This document shows positions 1 to 5,935 of a DNA stretch of 10,503 bases, piece by piece. The notes beneath the pieces are model-generated. The model searched no databases. It saw only the letters and a program-made list of their open reading frames with translations, and was not told the DNA's origin. Position numbers and translations under genes: made by a program. This stretch comes from Rhodothermales bacterium. GTDB lineage: Bacteria > Bacteroidota > Rhodothermia > Rhodothermales > VXPQ01. Each line of letters starts with the position of its first letter. The stretch's first letter is position 1. Where the stretch lies: contig JBBDTI010000011.1 in NCBI GenBank assembly GCA_040904565.1, forward strand, positions 14,849 through 25,351. Direction: 5' to 3'.

Positions 1-134
1 ACGTCGGCCGCGGCGAACGCCGGGGCGCGTTCCGCACTCGGCGACGGAGCCGGAGCGGGTTGCTGTCCGGCAGCAGCCGATATGAATACCATGGCGGCCA
101 CTAGGATGCACAGATTGCGAACTAGAGATCGCAT
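1..134 (-). CDS. N-terminus of a secreted protein (runs off the left edge of the window); function not determinable
   Basis: Manual translation from ATG at 134 gives MRSLVRNLCILVAAMVFISAAAGQQPAPAPSPSAERAPAFAAAD, open to position 1. It has a basic n-region, hydrophobic h-region, A-A-G|Q cleavage site and Pro/Ala linker, with AGGA about 10 nt upstream. It starts 66 nt after the stop of the upstream dehydrogenase on the same strand. Not in the ORF track. Confidence 0.8.
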   Translation of the reverse strand, partial: MRSLVRNLCILVAAMVFISAAAGQQPAPAPSPSAERAPAFAAAD

Positions 135-200
135 GGGTTGTCCGTCCTGGAAGAAGAAGATTACGATGTCGACCATTCGACACGTGCTAAGGGCATCAAA

Positions 201-2396
201 TCACGGCGTCTCGACCGGCAATGAGAAGGCGACGTAGCCGGGCGTCTGAGGCGCGTCTTCGTTCGATGGAATGTACTGCCTCGGGCCGGGCGCGGAAGCG
301 ACGACGAACTGCCTGCCGTTCACCTGGTAGACGGCGGGGATGTTGTCGCCCAATGCCGGAAGGTCGCCGGCCCAGAGCTCCTCTCCCGTCTCGCTGTCGT
401 AGGCGCGCAGCTTCGTCCCGGTAATCTGGAAGATGAGTCCACCCGCCGTCACGGCCGGACCCCCACGCAACCACGCGGCCGAACCGGTATCGTCGATTCC
501 CTGCGCCGCCAGTTCCGGGTCGTCACCGATCGGAGCCTGCCACTTGATGCTTCCGTCGTTCAGATCGTAGGCCGTCAGGCGGAACCAGGGCGGCTTCGCG
601 AGCGGGCGGCCCTTGCTGTCAAGAATATGGACCCATCCGCTCTGGTAGCGCGTCTCGGGATTCGGCAGCCGGGTGGGATCTTCCTGCTCCTGCTGCGACG
701 CACCCTCCGTGAGCGCGAGGTCGGGGTTCGTAAGAAACATTTGAAGGTCGTTGTACTCCGCCTGGCTGAGCTGTGGGAAGGGAGGCATCTGGCCTCGCCC
801 GCCTCGTATGACGTTTTCGAGCTGGCCGTGGCTCAGGCGGTTCGTCACGCCTCGCAGCGACGCGATGCCGCTGGTGACGTTGCCTTCCAGATTGCCACCG
901 TGACAGATCTGGCAGTACTGCTGGTATACACCTTGCCCCCTGTCGATCGGCGAAGCACCGGTCCCCGTCGCACCCGTGGTGATGGGCTGCAGGTCCAGCA
1001 CGGAAGGCATGTTATAGCTGAGCACGTAGAACGTGCCGTCACGCGGATCTCCCGCCGTCGAACCGAAATTCGCGCCGCCCCGATTCCCCGGCACCTGCAG
1101 GGTCGGTTGCGTGTCGGGAGGTGTATAGATCCCCTTGTAGAGCATACCGCGCACGGCCTCCACGATCGAGTCGCGTTCGGAAGCTTCGAGATACGGATTG
1201 AGATCGGTTTCAAGATCGAAGGACTGCGGGATGAAAGGCTCGGGATGGGTCGAAAACGGCTGCGTCGGCCACGCCTGCTCACCGGGCATGTCGGACTCCG
1301 GAACCGGGCGCTCCTCGATCGGCCAGAGCGGCTCGCCGGTCACTCGATCGAAGACGAACACCATCCCGGTCTTCGTCGCCTGCGCGACGATATCCTTCAT
1401 CTCACCTTCGTGCTCTACGGTCAGGAGTACGGGCGTGGCGGTAAGATCGTAGTCCCACAGGTCGTGATGTATCGTCTGAAAATGCCAGAGGTGCTCACCC
1501 GTGCGTGCGTCCAGCGCGACGAGGGAATTGGCGAAAAGGTTCTCGCCGTGGCGGTCGACGCCGTAAAAGTCGTAGTTCGCCGAGCCCAGCGGGACGTAGA
1601 CGATGCCGCGTTCGTAATCCACGCTCATCCCTCCCCAGGAATTAGCTCCTCCCGCTCTCGGGTTATCGTTGTCCGAGCGTCCCTCGGGCCACGTATCGTA
1701 GCCGAATTCGCCGGGCTGCGGCAGCGTATGGAAGATCCACTCCTGCTCTCCCGTCCGCACGTTGAAGGCACGGATGTGTCCGGGTGACGCCACGTACCCT
1801 TCACCCGGGGCCGACCCAAGAACGACGAGGTCCTCCCAGACGACGCCGGGTGTGGCGTTGGTCGTACTCGTTACCATGGAAGGCTCGACGCCGAGACCGG
1901 ACCGCAAGTCGACGATACCGTCATCGCCGAATGACGTCACGGCGTCGCCCGCAACCGCATCGACGGCAATCAGGTGATAGGTACCCTTGAACGAGAGGAC
2001 GCGTCGGTCGGACCGGTCCGCGCTCCCCCAGTACATGAGCCCGTGCGTCCGGATACCGCCGTCGGCTTCGCTGCGGTGCCTCCACAATTCCCGACCCGTA
2101 GCTGCGTGGAGGGCGGCGATCTCCCCGTCGCCGGCGATGACGTACATGAACGAGTCGACGACGATCGGATTGATATCGCTTACACCGTCGTCCGAGAACG
2201 TCCACGCGACCTCGAGCCGATCCACGTTCGAACGGTCGATCTGGTCGTGCATGGAAAAGCTCGTGGCGTGCGGACCGCCCTCATAGCGTGTCCACGTCAA
2301 GAATTGATTTATCGGATCGGTCGGTCCGGGCTCGGGTGAGGCACAGGCCGAGAGCAGGCCGGCTGCGCAGAGGATGAGAACGGAAAATCGGATCAT
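201..2396 (-). CDS. PQQ-dependent (glucose/quinate dehydrogenase-like) beta-propeller dehydrogenase lipoprotein with inserted class I cytochrome c, paralog 1 (731 aa)
   Basis: Start placed at MIRFSVLILCAAGLLSA|C (lipobox LSAC) rather than at 2651. PQQ-propeller W motifs (ALHAATGRELW, AFNVRTGEQEW, ALDARTGEHLW, VFDRVTGEPLW, AYDLNDGSIKW, AYDSETGEELW), HHDLWDYD, ATKTG, GANSWGG, PTQP, KPPW and GGPAVTAGGLIF. Heme motif CQICH at 900-914, with distal Met in GRGQMPPF. Confidence 0.92.
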   Translation of the reverse strand: MIRFSVLILCAAGLLSACASPEPGPTDPINQFLTWTRYEGGPHATSFSMHDQIDRSNVDRLEVAWTFSDDGVSDINPIVVDSFMYVIAGDGEIAALHAATGRELWRHRSEADGGIRTHGLMYWGSADRSDRRVLSFKGTYHLIAVDAVAGDAVTSFGDDGIVDLRSGLGVEPSMVTSTTNATPGVVWEDLVVLGSAPGEGYVASPGHIRAFNVRTGEQEWIFHTLPQPGEFGYDTWPEGRSDNDNPRAGGANSWGGMSVDYERGIVYVPLGSANYDFYGVDRHGENLFANSLVALDARTGEHLWHFQTIHHDLWDYDLTATPVLLTVEHEGEMKDIVAQATKTGMVFVFDRVTGEPLWPIEERPVPESDMPGEQAWPTQPFSTHPEPFIPQSFDLETDLNPYLEASERDSIVEAVRGMLYKGIYTPPDTQPTLQVPGNRGGANFGSTAGDPRDGTFYVLSYNMPSVLDLQPITTGATGTGASPIDRGQGVYQQYCQICHGGNLEGNVTSGIASLRGVTNRLSHGQLENVIRGGRGQMPPFPQLSQAEYNDLQMFLTNPDLALTEGASQQEQEDPTRLPNPETRYQSGWVHILDSKGRPLAKPPWFRLTAYDLNDGSIKWQAPIGDDPELAAQGIDDTGSAAWLRGGPAVTAGGLIFQITGTKLRAYDSETGEELWAGDLPALGDNIPAVYQVNGRQFVVASAPGPRQYIPSNEDAPQTPGYVAFSLPVETP

Positions 2397-2456
2397 GGTA
2401 CGGCACATTTCCTGGTGCGGACGCCGGTCGGCTGCGCCCGCGGAGTGGAGACCTTG

Positions 2457-2520
2457 ATGATACCGGAAGTGCGCCACGTCTTCGAGAGCGGATCTTTCGA
2501 AGAACGTGTACGATTTTTCG
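2457..2520 (-). promoter_or_regulatory. Putative AraC-activated sigma70-type promoter of dehydrogenase paralog 1
   Basis: On the minus strand CGAAAAATCG (2520-2511) and CGAAAGATCC (2499-2490) are direct repeats exactly 21 bp apart. They are followed by a weak -35 TCGAAG (2485-2480), a 17-bp spacer and -10 TATCAT (2462-2457). The same architecture recurs at 8995-9058. Confidence 0.6.
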
Positions 2521-2629
2521 TGCTCCCGTCGACGCTCTCGAGAACGGCGTATCGATGTGCATGCCCGACCTTTAGAGTCACGAGCCGGCCCTACCGTTCC
2601 GGGCTCACGTTTCGCGTGATGTAGCCGAT

Positions 2630-3511
2630 CTATCGATTCGCGTCTCGCCACGCGCCGGGCGGACTCCCTTCTTCGCGGCGGAACAGGCGATTGAAGTGCG
2701 ACGGGTCGGCATATCCGACCTGTTCGGCGATCTGCGAGATATTGTCATCCGTGTGCAAAAGCAGATGGCGCGCTTCCGCCATGCGGCGCCACAGAATCCA
2801 ATCGCCCACCGTTCTACCGGTGAGCCGTCGGATCGTGGTCGTCAGGTAGGCGGGGGAGTAATGTACGGCCTCCGCCACGTCGGAGAGCGAAAGGCTTTCT
2901 GCGAATCGGGCGTCGATCTCTTCGAAAACCTTTCGCAGCAGCGGCTCGGACTGGGCGTAGACTACGTTGTCGTCGTGATCCAGGGCGAGACGGGAAACCT
3001 GGACCAGAAGCAGTACGAACAGCGCATGGACGGCCTCTTCCCAGCAGGGCTCCTTCGCTGCACGTTCGGATTCGAGATCCCGCAGCGAGGCTTCCCATTC
3101 GTTCCGCCGATGCATGGGAACGTTGAGGCGAAGTGGGCTCTTATCCGTGCCGAACGCGAACGGGGCCAGCAGGGGATGGAGCATCATGCCCAACAACGGC
3201 CCTTCCGTTGACTCAGCCGGATCCAGTGCCGCCACCGTGAACTCGAGAATCCAGATCGTTGCCTGCTTCTCGAGTACGTCCTCAGCCCATTCATGAACGT
3301 GGCCCGGCGGGATGATGAGAAGGTCACCCGCGGCACTCTCCCACGTAACATCGCCGAGACGGTGGATGCCGCCGGACTCTTCGAAATAGACGATCTCGAA
3401 GAATCGATGGGCGTGCGGCGTCAGAAACCCCTCCATGTTCTCCGGTTCGAGCCGAAACGCACGAACCTGGGGGCCAACTGTCGTCGGCTGGAAGCTGAAG
3501 AGTTTGGCCAT
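2630..3511 (-). CDS. AraC/XylS family transcriptional regulator with N-terminal cupin ligand-binding domain (293 aa)
   Basis: Cupin motifs PHAHRFFEIVY and GDLLIIPPGHVHEW. C-terminal double HTH: LSLSDVAEAVHYSPAYLTTTIRRLTG ... ARHLLLHTDDNISQIAEQVGYADPSHFNRLFRREEGSPPGAWR. Confidence 0.96.
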   Translation of the reverse strand: MAKLFSFQPTTVGPQVRAFRLEPENMEGFLTPHAHRFFEIVYFEESGGIHRLGDVTWESAAGDLLIIPPGHVHEWAEDVLEKQATIWILEFTVAALDPAESTEGPLLGMMLHPLLAPFAFGTDKSPLRLNVPMHRRNEWEASLRDLESERAAKEPCWEEAVHALFVLLLVQVSRLALDHDDNVVYAQSEPLLRKVFEEIDARFAESLSLSDVAEAVHYSPAYLTTTIRRLTGRTVGDWILWRRMAEARHLLLHTDDNISQIAEQVGYADPSHFNRLFRREEGSPPGAWRDANR

Positions 3512-3550
3512 GCCAGGATCTGGCTAACGATGAACGGCCAGGATGCGGCT
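3512..3550. repeat. 14-bp imperfect direct repeat immediately upstream of the araC-family start codon
   Basis: gccaggatctggct (3512-3525) vs gccaggatgcggct (3537-3550): 12/14 identical, 25-bp offset. The first copy contains the inverted repeat GCCAG-gat-CTGGC. Confidence 0.5.
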
Positions 3551-3587
3551 CATTCCCTTGTCGTAGGACGCGGGCGAGCGGACTCCT

Positions 3588-3608
3588 AAAACAGAGGGGT
3601 CCCTGTCC
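3588..3608 (-). terminator. Possible weak intrinsic terminator after dehydrogenase paralog 2
   Basis: Minus strand GGACAGGG-ACC-CCTCTGTTTT: short bulged stem ending in only 4 U, about 11 nt after the TAG. Confidence 0.3.
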
Positions 3609-3619
3609 GGTTCCTGGTC

Positions 3620-5815
3620 CTACGGCGCGTGGGGCAGGGCAAATGCCACATAGCCGGGCTCCGGCGCCTCCGTCGGCGACTGGCCCTGGTAGCCGCCGGT
3701 CACGGACACGACGACGTACTGTCGGCCGTCGACTTCGTACACGGCCGGAATCCCACCGACCAGCCCCGGGAGTTCGTACGACCATATCTCCTCACCCGTG
3801 TCGAGATCGAACGCGGCCAGTCCATCGTCGACGGCCTGGAAGATGAGTCCGCCTGCCGTAATCGCAGGACCGCCACGAAGCCAGAAAGCCGACCCGGTGT
3901 TGCGTACGCCCTGCTCGGCCAGGTGCGGGACCTCGCCGACGGGCACCTGCCACTTGATGCTTCCGTCATTCAAATCGTAGGCCGTCAGCCGGAACCAGGG
4001 CGGCCTGATGACCGGAACGCCCTTGCTGTCGAGCACGTGGATCCATCCACTCTGATAGCGTACATTTTCCGGGACCTCGACATCGGCTGTCCCTTCATCG
4101 TCCGCCAGCGACGTAACGGCGAGTTCGGGATTCGCGAGGTACATGCGAAGCGAGGTGAGATCTCCTTCGTCAAGCTGCGGAAAGCCCGGCATCTTGCCGG
4201 CACCAATCTGCACGATCTCCTGGAATTCCTCCGGGGTCATGCGCTCCGTCACGTCCACCAGCGACGGGATGCCGCCCGCCGGCTGTCCGCCCAGATCGGC
4301 GCCGTGGCAGAGAGCGCAGCCCGATTCGTATATGCCGCGGCCCTGATCGATGGGAGATCCGCCCGTACCCTCCGCTCCCGCCGTGATCGGGTGAAGCTGC
4401 AGAACGGACGGCATATTGTAGCTGAGCACGACGAACGTTCCGTCGCGCGGATCTCCCGCAGTCGACCCCCAGTTGGCACCGCCGCGATTACCCGGGATCT
4501 GAAGCGTCGGCTGCGTACTGGGCGGCGTAAACATGCCCTCGAAACGCATCCCTCGAACGAACGCTACGAGCGAGTCCCGCTCCGACGGATCCAGGTGTGG
4601 ATTCAGATCCTCTTCGAGATCGAATGATTGGGGCACGAACGGCTCGGGAATCGTGGCAAAAGGCTGCGTGGGCCACGCCTGCTCGCCCGGCATATCCGAT
4701 TCAGGTACGGGCCGCTCTTCGATCGGCCACAGGGGGGCCCCCGTTTCCCGATCGAAAACAAAGACCATCCCGAGCTTCGTCGCCAGGGCGACCACGTCCA
4801 CCGTCTCGCCGTCGTGCTCGACGGTGAGGAGCACGGGCGTCGCCGTCAGATCGTAATCCCACAGATCGTGGTGTACCGTCTGGAAATGCCACAATCGCTC
4901 CCCGGTGTACGCATCCAGGGCCACCAGTGAGTTGGCGAACAGGTTTTCGCCGTGCCGGTCGACGCCGTAGAAATCATAGTTCGCCGAACCGAGCGGCACG
5001 TACACGATCCCCCGCTCGTAGTCCACGCTCATACCACCCCACGCGTTCGCGCCCCCGAATGCCGTCTCGCCCCGTACGTTCGTATTGTCGGAACGACCGG
5101 GCGGCCACGTCTCGTAGCCGACCTCACCGGGCTGAGGAAGGGTGTGGAAGATCCATTCCTGCTCGCCGGTTCGTACGTCGAAGGCACGGATGTGCCCCGG
5201 CGAGGCAAAATATCCCTCGCCGGTTGCCGACCCCAGCACGAGCAGATCGTCGAAAATCACCCCCGGTGTAGGCGAGGTCGCCCGCGCGACGAGCTCCGGA
5301 TCGATACCGAGCCCCGGCCTGAGGTCGAGCGTCCCGCCATCCCCAAATTCCCGGATCGGTTCACCGGACGTCGCATCCAGCGCAACCATGTTGGTTCTGC
5401 CCGCCGGGACGAACACACGCCGGTCCGACCGATCGTCGTTTTCCCAGTACATCAATCCGGCTACGCCGACTCGTTCCCCGCTGCTGTACGTCCAGATCTC
5501 TCGCCCCGTAGCGGCGTGAAGCGCGAGGACCGAGTTATCGTCACCCAGTACGTACAGAAATGTGTCGGAGGCGATAGGATTGATAGCGCTTGCATTCGAA
5601 AGCCGGTGCGTCCACGCCACCTCCAGCCGGTCGACGTTGGATCGATCGATCTGATCCAGCCTGGAGAAGCTCGTTGCCCCGGGCTCCCCTTCGTAGCGCG
5701 TCCACGTCGTGAACCGGTCTTCGGCGTAGCCCGGCCCCGACCGCGGCTGCCCGCAGGCCGATATTATACATGCGGCGACAAAAAGTGCGATGAATGTAAA
5801 GAGAGGGAAACGCAT
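3620..5815 (-). CDS. PQQ-dependent (glucose/quinate dehydrogenase-like) beta-propeller dehydrogenase lipoprotein with inserted class I cytochrome c, paralog 2 (731 aa)
   Basis: Start placed at MRFPLFTFIALFVAACIISA|C (lipobox ISAC; ATG at 5815). Same propeller motifs as paralog 1 (HHDLWDYD, ATKLG, GANAWGG, RPPW, GGPAITAGGLIF). Heme motif CALCH at 4304-4318, with distal Met in GAGKMPGF. Confidence 0.92.
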   Translation of the reverse strand: MRFPLFTFIALFVAACIISACGQPRSGPGYAEDRFTTWTRYEGEPGATSFSRLDQIDRSNVDRLEVAWTHRLSNASAINPIASDTFLYVLGDDNSVLALHAATGREIWTYSSGERVGVAGLMYWENDDRSDRRVFVPAGRTNMVALDATSGEPIREFGDGGTLDLRPGLGIDPELVARATSPTPGVIFDDLLVLGSATGEGYFASPGHIRAFDVRTGEQEWIFHTLPQPGEVGYETWPPGRSDNTNVRGETAFGGANAWGGMSVDYERGIVYVPLGSANYDFYGVDRHGENLFANSLVALDAYTGERLWHFQTVHHDLWDYDLTATPVLLTVEHDGETVDVVALATKLGMVFVFDRETGAPLWPIEERPVPESDMPGEQAWPTQPFATIPEPFVPQSFDLEEDLNPHLDPSERDSLVAFVRGMRFEGMFTPPSTQPTLQIPGNRGGANWGSTAGDPRDGTFVVLSYNMPSVLQLHPITAGAEGTGGSPIDQGRGIYESGCALCHGADLGGQPAGGIPSLVDVTERMTPEEFQEIVQIGAGKMPGFPQLDEGDLTSLRMYLANPELAVTSLADDEGTADVEVPENVRYQSGWIHVLDSKGVPVIRPPWFRLTAYDLNDGSIKWQVPVGEVPHLAEQGVRNTGSAFWLRGGPAITAGGLIFQAVDDGLAAFDLDTGEEIWSYELPGLVGGIPAVYEVDGRQYVVVSVTGGYQGQSPTEAPEPGYVAFALPHAP

Positions 5816-5831
5816 GGTCGCAATCATAGAA

Positions 5832-5840
5832 GTATGGCAC
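5832..5840 (-). promoter_or_regulatory. Possible extended -10 element upstream of paralog 2
   Basis: Minus strand TG-C-CATACT in a locally AT-rich patch 16 nt upstream of ATG 5815. An alternative -10 (TATGAT) lies just downstream. No copy of the shared AraC-like motif is present. Confidence 0.3.
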
Positions 5841-5935
5841 AAAACGGCCTGTTTAGACCGCAAGAATCAAAGATTTGTCCGTCGTCGACGAGCGAGCTAC
5901 CGCGATATCGTGCGGTCATGCAGCCTGGCACCGAC

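Noticed and set aside
1446-1469. WDYD (D-x-D) motif in both dehydrogenases (also 4850-4873) as evidence of lanthanide dependence
   Set aside because: The extra Asp is diagnostic within the XoxF/ExaF/PedH alcohol dehydrogenase clades, but Ca/Mg-dependent Gcd-type enzymes also have HHDLWDxD. It cannot be used here without a metal-reconstitution assay.
2582-2619. Small hairpins after the araC stop (gagccgg/ccgggctc; tcacg/cgtga)
   Set aside because: Short or bulged stems with no U-tract; expected by chance at this GC content.
2397-2651. 85-aa N-terminal extension of the 816-aa ORF in the track
   Set aside because: It overlaps the araC 3' end, runs across the predicted promoter and buries the lipoprotein signal. 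Starting at 2396 gives the same 731-aa length as the paralog.
5816-5863. 16-aa N-terminal extension of the 747-aa ORF
   Set aside because: Non-ATG start in AT-rich promoter-like DNA; the signal peptide begins well at ATG 5815 (ATG 5827 cannot be excluded).
5899-5916. Near-palindrome accgcgatatcgtgcggt after the VCBS gene
   Set aside because: Imperfect, no U-tail and no second copy in the window; cannot be called a terminator or operator.
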